From a virus, in the IMG/VR virus record IMGVR_UViG_3300048088_000530, positions 7,298-71,297 of that record: 64,000 bases of DNA, one strand, 5' to 3'. The notes beneath the pieces are model-generated. The model was not told where the DNA came from. It worked only from the letters and a program-made list of their open reading frames with translations, and ran no database searches. Position numbers and translations under genes: made by a program. Positions 19,852 through 29,602 of the stretch are shown in pieces. How positions within the stretch are numbered: the first letter of the stretch is position 1; each line of letters opens with the position of its first letter.

Positions 19852-21890
19852 GCGACTATATTGCCGGACAGACACTGACGGCTGAAGAGTTGAATACGTC
19901 GTTTGACGAAAAGATCGACGGCGCAAATGCTGATATTACCGGTGGCTTTGCCGAAGGGCTCGATCACGTTTACATCGTCGGCTCGACTGACGCAACTTCA
20001 CCGACGACCGGCGCGCTAACGGTCGCTGGCGGCGTCGGCATCGAAAAGACTTTGCAGGTCGGCTCCAACGCAGTCGTGGGAGGAACGATCTATGGCAATA
20101 GCACGACCGATGCCACGAGCACGACGACCGGCGCTGTTATCGTTGCTGGCGGCGTAGGCGTTGCCAAGTCCGTGCGCGTTGGCGGCTCTGTTACCGTCAG
20201 CGGCGCGACCAACACACTCACCGCTTCCGTAACCGGCTCGACCGCCTCCACCAGCGCAACTACTGGCGCGCTGGTGGTCACAGGTGGCATTGGGATCGGC
20301 GGTGCCGCGTACATCGGTGGGCTGCTTAATGTCGCCGGAACCGCCAACTTCGTCGGCGCGGTTACTGTATCATCCACCGCTGCAAGCAGCAGCGCTTCGA
20401 CCGGCGCACTTGTTGTCTCTGGCGGGCTTGGGGTGGCTGGCGCGCTCTTCATTGCTGGTGGCATAACCATCGGGAACAGCGCAACGTTGAACGCTGGCAA
20501 TTCCGTCGATTCGACAAGCACCGGAACTGGGGCGATCACGACCAATGGCGGCATCGGTATAGCCAAGAGCCTCTGGGTTGGGTCCGTTCTCAACGTCGCA
20601 GGGGCAAGTACCTTCCAGGGCGCAACAAAGGTAACGAACACCACGGCAAGCACCAGCACCAGCACCGGCGCGCTGGTCGTTACGGGCGGCGTTGGGATCG
20701 GCGGCGCGCTGCAGGTCGGTGGAACAGCGACAGTGGCCGCTTTGGTCGCGACGACTGCAGACGTCAACGGTGGCACGGTTGATGCAACGGTCATCGGCGC
20801 GACCACGCCAGCCGCTGCAACGGTAACGACCATCACCGCAACGGGCGCGGCGAACATCGGTGGCGCGCTTGCTGTGACCGGAACGACCACGCACACCGGC
20901 GCTGTCACCGTCACGTCCGCCACGGCTTCGACGACCACCAGCACAGGTGCCCTTATCGTTACGGGTGGCGTGGGCATCGGCGGCGCGGTCAACATCGGCG
21001 GCGCGGCAGCGATCACAAACGCAACGGCGTCTTCGAGCACGACCACTGGCGCGGTGATCGTCACAGGCGGCGTGGGCATCGGCGGCAACCTGAATGTTGG
21101 CGGGTCGGCAAACTTCGTCGGCGGCAACCTGAGCGTTAGTGGCACGCTGACGGTCGGCACGTTCACGATTCCTTCGTTGAACAACACGCCGGTCGGCAAC
21201 ACAACGCCTTCGACTGGTGCGTTCACGAACTTGAGCGCGACCGGAACGCTGACTGGGATTCCTGGTCGGTTGCTGAACGTTCAAACTTTTACATCAAGCG
21301 GCACCTATACGCCGACTGCCGGAACCAATAGCATCGTTGCCAGGATTCAAGCGGGCGGCGGCGGCGCGGGCGGTCCGGTGGCAAATGCCGCTGGTAATGT
21401 GAGTTGTGCTTCGAGTGGCGCGGCAGGCGGTTACATCGAACACCGTATGACCTCTGGGTTCAGTGGACTAGCGGTCACGGTGGGCGTTGGCGGCACCGGT
21501 GGGACGGGTGCTGCCGGGTCGGCTGGTGGGTCATCCGCGTTCGGCACAATAACCGCAGGCGGCGCGATTGGCGGCACAGTCTCTCCGTCCGCTAACACTA
21601 CCGTCGCAGGCACCGGTCTAGGGGGCACCGCAACCGGTGGCAATATTCTGAACGTGCCCGGTGGCCCCGGAAACTGGGCTATGAACGGTCTGACTGCGGG
21701 GCTCTACGTAGCTCCAAACGGGGCGAGTTCTTTGCTTGGCACTGGCGGCATTTGGGGCGGAAACAGTGCAGGCGGTAATGCCAGAGGGTTTGGTGCTGGC
21801 GGCGGCGGCGCTGTTCAAGGTCCATCACAACCAGCCATCAAAGGTGGCGACGGCTCTCCTGGTATTGTCATCATTTACGAGTACGCATAA
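19848..21890 (+). CDS. Glycine-rich repetitive fibre protein
   Basis: N-terminal AGQTLTAEELN; about 8 repeats of S/T-x-TTGALVVTGGVGIGG; C-terminal TFTSSGTYTP..GGGG..GIVIIYEY domain. Confidence 0.8.
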   Translation: MSDYIAGQTLTAEELNTSFDEKIDGANADITGGFAEGLDHVYIVGSTDATSPTTGALTVAGGVGIEKTLQVGSNAVVGGTIYGNSTTDATSTTTGAVIVAGGVGVAKSVRVGGSVTVSGATNTLTASVTGSTASTSATTGALVVTGGIGIGGAAYIGGLLNVAGTANFVGAVTVSSTAASSSASTGALVVSGGLGVAGALFIAGGITIGNSATLNAGNSVDSTSTGTGAITTNGGIGIAKSLWVGSVLNVAGASTFQGATKVTNTTASTSTSTGALVVTGGVGIGGALQVGGTATVAALVATTADVNGGTVDATVIGATTPAAATVTTITATGAANIGGALAVTGTTTHTGAVTVTSATASTTTSTGALIVTGGVGIGGAVNIGGAAAITNATASSSTTTGAVIVTGGVGIGGNLNVGGSANFVGGNLSVSGTLTVGTFTIPSLNNTPVGNTTPSTGAFTNLSATGTLTGIPGRLLNVQTFTSSGTYTPTAGTNSIVARIQAGGGGAGGPVANAAGNVSCASSGAAGGYIEHRMTSGFSGLAVTVGVGGTGGTGAAGSAGGSSAFGTITAGGAIGGTVSPSANTTVAGTGLGGTATGGNILNVPGGPGNWAMNGLTAGLYVAPNGASSLLGTGGIWGGNSAGGNARGFGAGGGGAVQGPSQPAIKGGDGSPGIVIIYEYA

Positions 21891-22441
21891 TGAACACATA
21901 CGCATTGGTGCAGAATGGCTTCGTTGTCAATCTTGTGCTTTGGGATGGTCAATCCGACATAACGTGGCCAGAAGGAACTCTGGTAATCGAAACGGACGGC
22001 AGCGTGCACATCGGATTCGGCTATGATGGTTCAAAGTTCATAAACCAGAATCCGACTGGATCGCAAACGCTAGAAGACGCACAGGACGCGCAAGTATCGG
22101 CGAACAACGTCGCGTGCGCTGCGGCGATAACGGCAGGCTTCCAATCGACCGCGCTGGGCGCTTGGTACACCTATCCATCGAAGGTTACGGACCAGCAGAA
22201 CCTGAACGCGTCCGTTGTCGCATCGCTGCTTCCTGGGATTCCGGCCACCTGGGTGACGCCGTTCTGGTGCCAAGACTCGAATGGCACCTGGGCTTATGTC
22301 TACCACACAGCAACGCAGATTCAGAAGGTTGGGCAAGACGCGAAAGGCGCGATTCTGACGCTGCTCAACAAGAACGCGCAGCTGCAGGCGTCTGTGATGG
22401 CCGCGACGACAGCACAAGCCGTGCAATCAATCAACTGGTGA
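21890..22441 (+). CDS. Fibre assembly protein (DUF4376-like)
   Basis: YALVQNGFVVNLVLWDG; GFQSTALG..YTYPS..DQQNL..FWCQD..HTATQIQKVG. Confidence 0.75.
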   Translation: MNTYALVQNGFVVNLVLWDGQSDITWPEGTLVIETDGSVHIGFGYDGSKFINQNPTGSQTLEDAQDAQVSANNVACAAAITAGFQSTALGAWYTYPSKVTDQQNLNASVVASLLPGIPATWVTPFWCQDSNGTWAYVYHTATQIQKVGQDAKGAILTLLNKNAQLQASVMAATTAQAVQSINW

Positions 22442-22445
22442 TGTC

Positions 22446-22760
22446 ATGACCCGAAAACAACTGTTACTGCTCTGGCTGCTCTGTACGCTGTTCATGCCAA
22501 TCCTCTCGATTGCGATGTTCTGTCAAGCGGCGTTCGGCTCTGAAGCGCGGGCCAAGGCAATGGCCGTTGCGCAAGACGAGTGCGGTAACGCGCTGTTTGG
22601 CGGACCCGCAACGCAGACGATATCGACGCGCACCGGAAACGCGTTGATTGAAGGGCGCGGCTGGGCCAAGATCGCGTCCAAGGTCATCGACTACTTCTTC
22701 GGCGCTGGGCACTGCCTGGCAAATGCAACTATTCCAATTCCGGTCGGCTTCGTCGGATAG
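22446..22760 (+). CDS. Small membrane-associated protein of fibre cassette
   Basis: N-terminal TM; D..GNALFGG...TISTRTG...HC motif. Confidence 0.65.
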   Translation: MTRKQLLLLWLLCTLFMPILSIAMFCQAAFGSEARAKAMAVAQDECGNALFGGPATQTISTRTGNALIEGRGWAKIASKVIDYFFGAGHCLANATIPIPVGFVG

Positions 22761-22818
22761 TAGTACACACAGAACGGAGTCATAATTAGCTGTCCTTGAC
22801 TCCGTTCTCTTTCCAGCG

Positions 22819-23241
22819 ATGAATATTGAAATCACGACGCCGACTGGCGACATAAAGACCATTGCCATCGGCCTGTTTCCGGCTCTCGAAGGCTGGGATA
22901 TTCAACAGCGCTTCCTTGAATTCGCGGCGACCAATGACAAAGACGTCAGAACCGCCTACACGCTCGAAGTCCTGACTTACGCAAACGTGGTCCAGACGGC
23001 GGATCGCACGTTGCCGCTGACTACAGCCGCGCTCATCGACAATCACCTTGGCTCGTGGCAGAACGTCAAGCGCGTGTTCGAAGAGGTTTTGATCCAAAAC
23101 GGGATCGACCCGAAGACACACGCCGATCAGCCGCACTACTGGTCCAATGCCGGTAACGAAATGGCCACAGCGTTCATCGCTGAAGTCTCTATACTCCTTG
23201 GGCCTGCATTTTCGCAGATTCAAGGAGTGAAAAGTGAATAG
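22819..23241 (+). CDS. Probable tail assembly chaperone
   Basis: FPALEGWDI..LTTAALIDNH; upstream of tape measure. Confidence 0.6.
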   Translation: MNIEITTPTGDIKTIAIGLFPALEGWDIQQRFLEFAATNDKDVRTAYTLEVLTYANVVQTADRTLPLTTAALIDNHLGSWQNVKRVFEEVLIQNGIDPKTHADQPHYWSNAGNEMATAFIAEVSILLGPAFSQIQGVKSE

Positions 23242-23930
23242 TGGAATCTATAAGATCACATCGCCTTCTGGGAAGTTTTATATTGGGAGTTCAAAGAATA
23301 TAAAAAAAGAGGTGGAGGGAGCACGTGAACAGTCTTCGGCGGAAAAGTCACCACAGTACACCCCTTCAAAACGCCTGTGAAAAATACGGAATTGAAAATC
23401 TTAAGTTTGAGTTGATTCTTGCTCTTCCACCGGAACGACTTCTGGTTGAAGAGCAACGGCTCATTGATGATCTTAATCCTGCATATAACGTGGCGAAAAT
23501 CGCTGGCAGTCCGGGACTTCTTTGGCTCGGAAAGACTCATAAAGAAGAGACCAAGCTTAAGATGAGCGAGTCGCGGAAATCAGTTCTTTCATCGAAAGTC
23601 GTGTATACGGATGAAGTGAGGGCATTGATGAGTGCAAGGGCGTCTGCAAGGGCAAACTCACCGGAAGGAAAGGCAAGGCTTTCTGCCGTAAACATCGGCA
23701 GAAAGGCCACAAAAGAAGTTCGCGCAGCAATGTCGGAAAGGCGCAAAGGTGAAGGGTCAAACACCGCCATACTTACAAATGAAATAGTATTTGAAATCAA
23801 GACTGTCCTTAAGAGCAGGCGCAGCGCGTATGGGCTGATGCCTGCTCTGGCAAAGAAGTACGGTGTTAAAACGGTGACAATCGGCGCAATTGCTTCCGGT
23901 CGAAGCTGGAAGCACATAATTGTGGAATAA
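23234..23930 (+). pseudogene. GIY-YIG homing endonuclease with NUMOD3-like motif, frameshifted at A7 (23302-23308)
   Basis: GTG 23234 gives MNSGIYKITSPSGKFYIGSSKNIK; removing one A joins KRWREHVNSLRR..LQNACEKYG..F..E..YN; GKTHKEETKLKMSESRK; visibly lower GC. Confidence 0.85.
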
Positions 23931-23932
23931 AT

Positions 23933-26122
23933 ATGGCAGATGATCTTGATCGCTTCGTTTTGCAGTACAATGTTGAGCTAAAGGACAGCATCAGCAAACT
24001 CGAAAAGCTGAATGAGAAGATGTCTGGCGCGGGCGCGGCTGCAAAGAAGAGCGGCGGCGAGGTCAAGAAGTTCACGTCAGACGCTACCAATGAGCTTGGA
24101 AAGCTTGTCCCAGGGCTGAATGCCGTATCGTCTGCCGTAAAGATGATGGGCGCGGAATTCGCGGCGGCGACTGCCGCAATCGCTGCGCTTGCTCTTGGCG
24201 TCAAGATGGTCATGAATTTGCGCGAGCAGTACAACCAGCAACGCTCTGACGGGATGCAACTTGGCGTCAGTTCGATCCGCATGGAAGAGTACCAGCGCAA
24301 GTTCGTCAAAGGGTCTGGCGGATACCTTACGCGCGATGCGGCGGCAGAAGGGATCAAGTCTTTTTCCGGGATGGCCAACGCCGCCTATGCCGATCCATCC
24401 AGGCTGGGTCGCGAAGCGCGGATCATGCGCCAGTACCTCGGTGTGGACGTAGGCGCACGCGGCGGTCCTTCTACGCCTCTGAACACTGAACTTACGCAGC
24501 TGGCCAAAGGCTTGCAGGGCAAGTCACGCGGCGACGTCCAAGGCATCGCGAAGGCGACCGGCCTGAATCAAGACTGGCTGCTAACCGTCCAGAAGCTGGG
24601 GCCGTCGATTGGCAAGATCACCGAAATGACCGGTGAGGAAATCGAGAAGCGACAGCAGGCCGAACAAAGCCTGGGCAAGTTCAACGAAGAGCTTTCCAAT
24701 CTGAAAGAGAAGTTCACCGAAGTATCCAATGAACTCGCTGAGCCTCTCTTGCCGCTGCTCTCTGAACTCGTAAAGGTGATGGAGCGAATCGCTGCTGCGA
24801 TTCCGAAGGTCAATGACAAGGCGAACACGAAGACGGAAGACCTCGCAAATTGGTTTGGAGGAACGGAGAAGGGCGGCAAGAAGTGGAACTTGGGCTTTGG
24901 GCTTGGAAGCCTGCTCAGCGGCGACTTCTTCAAACCGAAGGACAAGAACGCGAGCGCAGGAACCGGATGGGGCATCGCAGGGTCGCTCTTTGATATGTTC
25001 AACGGCGCTTCGACTGACGTGAAAGCGAAGCAGGCGGCGGACGACAAGCAGAAGAACGATAAGCAGGCCGCATCCAAACGTGACCAGGCCGTCGAAAAGA
25101 TGGACGAAACCAGCAAACAGGGTATTCAGACGGCCAACGAAATGGCACTGGCCATCAACATGTTCGCTGGTGCGGTCCAGTCGTTCTCGTCGGCTGTGAA
25201 CATTCAGCAGGCATGGGCCGCGTGGGCAGGGGAAATCGGGAAGGCAGGCGGCTTGCCCGGTTCCTCAACGAATGTCGGAACCCCAGGCGGATTCCAAGGC
25301 GGTGGCAATGGTACATGGGACACCAGCCAGTACTCCAAGCAGATCAAAGCCGCGTCGGACGTTTACAAAGTCGATCCGCAGATGCTGTACTCTATCATGA
25401 TGGCCGAATCAAGCGGCGTCAACGGCAAGTATAGCGAAACTGGCGCGGGCGGTCTGATGCAGGTGACCAAGGGAAACTGGAAGGCGTACGGTGGCGGGTC
25501 GGACGTGATGAACCCGGATGCAAACATCATGGTCGGCGCGCGCATTTATTCGGACTTTCTGAAGCGCAACAAAGGTAATATCTCTGGCGCGCTTACCGGG
25601 TACAACGGCAACTCCGATCCGAACTATCTGGCCAAGGTCAACCGCTTCTACGGCGGCGGTTCTGGTGGCATGGGTGAGAGTAAGGTCAAGATGCAGCAGC
25701 GTCAAGTCCAGCAGGCAATCGCGTCGTATCTCAACGTTCCCCTGAGTCAAATCCAGCGCGGCGGGGTTACGCAAGGTGACGCCGCGTGGGCTTCGCAGCA
25801 GATGCAGAACGGAGTCGCGAACAACATCACGAGCCTGAAACAACAGCTTTCCGTTGCCGGTCTTCCGGCGCAGAATTACGCGAAGTTGCAAATGGAACTT
25901 CGTGACCAGTCACGCGGCCTTGATTTGCTGCGGCAGTACGCACCGGGCGTCGTGGATCGCGAACCGGCAGGCGAACGCCAGCGAACCATCGGTGAACGCC
26001 CTATCATCATCAACATCAACGGCGCGCTCGATCCCAAGGCGGTCGGCGCGGAAGTCAACAACCAGCTGACGAAGGCGATGAATGACCTTCTGATGGACCA
26101 CTCGAATGGACAGAAGGGATAA
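23933..26122 (+). CDS. Tape measure protein with lytic transglycosylase (SLT) domain
   Basis: Helical Ala/Gly/Lys-rich; IMMAESSG..GGLMQV..NIMVGARIY..ALTGYNG. Confidence 0.88.
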   Translation: MADDLDRFVLQYNVELKDSISKLEKLNEKMSGAGAAAKKSGGEVKKFTSDATNELGKLVPGLNAVSSAVKMMGAEFAAATAAIAALALGVKMVMNLREQYNQQRSDGMQLGVSSIRMEEYQRKFVKGSGGYLTRDAAAEGIKSFSGMANAAYADPSRLGREARIMRQYLGVDVGARGGPSTPLNTELTQLAKGLQGKSRGDVQGIAKATGLNQDWLLTVQKLGPSIGKITEMTGEEIEKRQQAEQSLGKFNEELSNLKEKFTEVSNELAEPLLPLLSELVKVMERIAAAIPKVNDKANTKTEDLANWFGGTEKGGKKWNLGFGLGSLLSGDFFKPKDKNASAGTGWGIAGSLFDMFNGASTDVKAKQAADDKQKNDKQAASKRDQAVEKMDETSKQGIQTANEMALAINMFAGAVQSFSSAVNIQQAWAAWAGEIGKAGGLPGSSTNVGTPGGFQGGGNGTWDTSQYSKQIKAASDVYKVDPQMLYSIMMAESSGVNGKYSETGAGGLMQVTKGNWKAYGGGSDVMNPDANIMVGARIYSDFLKRNKGNISGALTGYNGNSDPNYLAKVNRFYGGGSGGMGESKVKMQQRQVQQAIASYLNVPLSQIQRGGVTQGDAAWASQQMQNGVANNITSLKQQLSVAGLPAQNYAKLQMELRDQSRGLDLLRQYAPGVVDREPAGERQRTIGERPIIININGALDPKAVGAEVNNQLTKAMNDLLMDHSNGQKG

Positions 26123-27000
26123 TGCCGCTAGGAACCCGAATTTTGAACGTATCAATGGCGCTGCCTGAAGGTACGGTTCTGCTCGATCAGTCCTTGGACT
26201 TGCACGTGCGCGTTCGAAAGGACGCCTTAGCAATCCAGAACACGTGCAGCGTCGAAGTTTTTAACTTGTCCCAGAATCTCCGTGAGCGTCTTCTCTCGCA
26301 ATTCACCGCGTGGAATAAACGGAACCTGGAGCAAGGTTCGACCGGCGCGCAGCAGAACTATATCGACATAATGATACAGGCAGGCTACAACGACGCCGGA
26401 CAAAACACGGCCACGACCATATTCCAAGGGCAAATTGCGCTTGCCGGTCCATTCAATGCGCCGCCGAATCAGGGCGTCCACATTGAATGCTACTCGCAGC
26501 AACTGAACAAGCTGGACTGGATCACGGCACCCGCACCGACCAGCGGCACGTTCAAAAGTTATGTCCAGTGGGCTGGAGAGCAGATGGGTGTTAGCAGCGT
26601 CGTCTGCGAAACGTCTTACGATGATACGCCGATCACCAATCCGTTCGCGAGCACGCACGTGGTGGCTGAACTGCTCGTTGACATTCAGAGCGCGTACCGT
26701 CCGAACGTCGCGGCATTCATCGACAACAACGTGCTATACGTGAAGGACGTCAACAAGGTCGTATCCTCTGCCCAGGCCGTTACAATCAGCGAGTTCATCG
26801 GGACTCCTATGTGGACTGAGTGGGGTGTGGAATTCACGACGCTCTTCAACCCGCAGATCAACTTGGCCGGTGCATCAACGCTAAAGTCGCTGATGAATCC
26901 CAGCTTGAATCAGACCTTCGTCAACTCGTCGCTGGAGTACGATCTGACCAGCCGCGAAGTGCCGTTTTACGTCAAGGTCAACGCGAACCCGTCAGCCTAA
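26122..27000 (+). CDS. Baseplate hub protein
   Basis: CSVEVFNL, IQAGY, IFQGQI, FIGTP..GVEFTTLFNP. Confidence 0.8.
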   Translation: MPLGTRILNVSMALPEGTVLLDQSLDLHVRVRKDALAIQNTCSVEVFNLSQNLRERLLSQFTAWNKRNLEQGSTGAQQNYIDIMIQAGYNDAGQNTATTIFQGQIALAGPFNAPPNQGVHIECYSQQLNKLDWITAPAPTSGTFKSYVQWAGEQMGVSSVVCETSYDDTPITNPFASTHVVAELLVDIQSAYRPNVAAFIDNNVLYVKDVNKVVSSAQAVTISEFIGTPMWTEWGVEFTTLFNPQINLAGASTLKSLMNPSLNQTFVNSSLEYDLTSREVPFYVKVNANPSA

Positions 27001-27001
27001 T

Positions 27002-27517
27002 ATGTCCACGAAAACCAAGCATTTTGACCTATTTGGCGTGGAGTATAAGACCACGCAATTTCCGGCAATCACCGCGCTCGCGATCATGGAGAATGCCGCG
27101 TCGATCCACCCAACCGACAACCTGCGGCAGACGTTCGTCCGCGTCGGAAAGGATTGGGTGCCTCTCGACTCTCGCGACGCCATCAACGAGCTTGTGGTGG
27201 ACAGAGCGTTTATCATCCCACCGCGAATCGTTCTGCAGGCCGTGCTCAAGACCGTCAACGAGTTCAGTTTTGGGTTCGTCAACGGCTGGCGCGGCGTCAA
27301 GATTCCAACTCGATTCGCCAGCGGCGCGGCTCCGAAAGAATCACGCTACGTTGACCCGCTGATTGCGCAGCTTCTGCAGGAAGAAGTCGCGAACCTTCGT
27401 GAGCTTGAAGAGTATTACTCACTGGAGGATGCATTCAAGATGTTCGACGTTATGGTGGCCAAAGGAGTCAACGCCGCGCTCGCTCAAGAAGCAGCGACAA
27501 AGAGCGCTAAGCGCTGA
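27002..27517 (+). CDS. Tail chaperone-like protein (DUF6889-like C-terminus)
   Basis: TQFPAITAL N-terminus resembles 22819 gene; LRELEEYYSLEDAFKMFDV. Confidence 0.6.
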   Translation: MSTKTKHFDLFGVEYKTTQFPAITALAIMENAASIHPTDNLRQTFVRVGKDWVPLDSRDAINELVVDRAFIIPPRIVLQAVLKTVNEFSFGFVNGWRGVKIPTRFASGAAPKESRYVDPLIAQLLQEEVANLRELEEYYSLEDAFKMFDVMVAKGVNAALAQEAATKSAKR

Positions 27518-27587
27518 TACATAGTTCACCTACATAAGCCGTAAAATACTCGTGTCTATTTCGAGTGTTTTGCCACGCCTATACGAT

Positions 27588-28343
27588 ATGTCTGGATTCC
27601 AGAACAAACCGATTGTCAACCTCATGCCCGGTGAGGCGAAAACGCCCAAAGCTGCGCTGAAGGCGTTGTTCGGTTTGCACGGTCTGAAGCTGGACAAGCT
27701 GATTCCGGCAGAAGTCATGGCATTTGACCGTGCGCAAAATCTGGCCACCGTTAAGCCGCTGATTATGGTAGTTGATACCAACGATCAGACGCGCTCGCGG
27801 CTCCCAATTGGCAACGTTCCTGTGCTGTCTCTGGGCGGCGGCGGCTTCCATGTCAGTTTCCCGTTGAAGCAGGGCGACATTGGCTGGATCATGGCCGCCG
27901 ACCGCGACTTGTCACTGTTCCTGCAGAGTCTTAAGGAGTCTGGCCCGAATACGTTCCGCAAGCACACGTTTGCTGACTCGTGGTTCATTCCTGACGTCTT
28001 CCGCCAGTACACGATTAATGCAGCCGACGCCAACGCGATGGTCATCCAATCTACTGACGGCAGCACGCGAATCTCGATCAGCGAAGGAAACGTCAACATC
28101 ACGGCTCCAACGGGCGTGCTTGTAACAACGCCACTGGCCACCTTCTCGCAGAACGTTCAGGTCAACGGCAACTTGGTCGTTACCGGCGCGACGACCGTCA
28201 ACGGCGGGTTCAACGCGAACGGCAGCGGCTCGGCAGGCGTTACCCTTCCCACCCAAACCACCATCGGCGGCATCACCGTTTATGGCCACGGACACATCAG
28301 CAGCAGTCCTGGCTCAAGAACGTCTGGAGGCATGATCTCGTGA
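27588..28343 (+). CDS. Baseplate central spike (Gp138-like)
   Basis: NVPV..GGGFHVSFPLKQGDIG..ADRD; RKHTFADSWFIP; C-terminal HxH. Confidence 0.85.
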   Translation: MSGFQNKPIVNLMPGEAKTPKAALKALFGLHGLKLDKLIPAEVMAFDRAQNLATVKPLIMVVDTNDQTRSRLPIGNVPVLSLGGGGFHVSFPLKQGDIGWIMAADRDLSLFLQSLKESGPNTFRKHTFADSWFIPDVFRQYTINAADANAMVIQSTDGSTRISISEGNVNITAPTGVLVTTPLATFSQNVQVNGNLVVTGATTVNGGFNANGSGSAGVTLPTQTTIGGITVYGHGHISSSPGSRTSGGMIS

Positions 28344-29602
28344 GCGCGAATTACACTTACCTGCTCGACACCGGAACCATCGGCATCGACACAACGGACC
28401 TTCTCACGGACGTTGAAACCGAATGGCAGACCGCGTTCGGCGCGACCCTCAACACGGACGCGAGCACGCCCCAGGGCACACTCATGGCCGCTGAGACGAC
28501 CGCGCGCACGAGTGTTATGCGCAATAACGCCGAACTGGCGAACATGCAGAACCCGAACCTGGCCTATGGGACGTTTCTGGATGCTATCTGCGCGCTGCTC
28601 GGCATCGGTCGCGGAACGAACCAGTCAACGGTCGCAACCGGTGTCCAGCTGACCGGAAATGCACAGACGCCTATCGCTGCAGGCTCTCGTATCCAGACTC
28701 CAAACGGCGATGTATTCGCATTGGTTACGGCAGTCACAATTCCGGCAGGCGGCGTCACCACCGGAATCTTCCAGTCGCAGCAGTACGGCGCGTTCTCGTT
28801 TCCTACCGGAACGATGACAATTCTGGACGGCACCATTGGCTGGGGAAGCGCGGATGCAGTCGGAACGACAACCGTCCAATCCGGCTCAACTCAAAATACC
28901 GATCCGCAGCTGAAGAACAAACGCAACGCCCAGTTGGCAATCCAGGGAACCGCTTCGACGGCATCAATCAAAGCCAACCTGCTGGAAGTCCCCAACGTAA
29001 CGTCCTGCATGGTTGTCGAAAACAACACAGGCGCGGCTGGGACGATCAACGGAATCACCTTCACCAAGGCGACCGGCCTTTGGGTGTGCGTGGCCGGCAC
29101 TGCGTCCGCTGCTTCCATCGCGGCTGCACTCTACGCCGCGCACAACTCTGGTTGTCCATGGGATTTCGGCGCAGCAGGCTTCGGCGTTCAAGTCCAGCCG
29201 CCCAATGGCGTCGCAGTGACCGATCCGACGACCGGGTTCACGTACTACGTCCTGTACACGACGCCGATCCTGCTGGACGCCTACGTCGCTATTTCAGTCA
29301 AGCAGTCCGCCACCGCTTCACCCGGATCGACCGCAATTCAGGACGCCATTCTGCAGTACGCTCAAGGCGCAGAATCCGGCGAAGCAGGCCTGGTGCTGGG
29401 CGCGAGCGTTTCGGCGTTCGAAATGTCCGGCCCAGTCGCACGGCAGTATCCCGGTGTGTACGTTAAAAGCTGTCTGGTTGCAACGGTTCCGGCTGGCAAT
29501 CCTGCGCCTTCGTATCCGTCTGCGTACTCCAGTGAAGTCGTCCTTCTGCCGTATCAGCAAGCCCAACTGGCAGTCGGCAATATCGTGGTGACCCAGCTAT
29601 GA
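28340..29602 (+). CDS. Baseplate J-like wedge protein
   Basis: STPQGTL, NPNLAYGTFLDAI, TDPQLKNKR, VVENNT. Confidence 0.85.
   Translation: MSANYTYLLDTGTIGIDTTDLLTDVETEWQTAFGATLNTDASTPQGTLMAAETTARTSVMRNNAELANMQNPNLAYGTFLDAICALLGIGRGTNQSTVATGVQLTGNAQTPIAAGSRIQTPNGDVFALVTAVTIPAGGVTTGIFQSQQYGAFSFPTGTMTILDGTIGWGSADAVGTTTVQSGSTQNTDPQLKNKRNAQLAIQGTASTASIKANLLEVPNVTSCMVVENNTGAAGTINGITFTKATGLWVCVAGTASAASIAAALYAAHNSGCPWDFGAAGFGVQVQPPNGVAVTDPTTGFTYYVLYTTPILLDAYVAISVKQSATASPGSTAIQDAILQYAQGAESGEAGLVLGASVSAFEMSGPVARQYPGVYVKSCLVATVPAGNPAPSYPSAYSSEVVLLPYQQAQLAVGNIVVTQL

Noticed and set aside
20090-21226. Long antisense ORFs over the fibre gene (and similar ones over dnaE, VapE and the coiled-coil gene)
   Set aside because: Shadow frames produced by high GC and codon bias; no RBS or domain motifs
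22819-23310. Programmed tail-chaperone frameshift at the A7 run
   Set aside because: The run is downstream of the chaperone stop and inside the GIY-YIG gene
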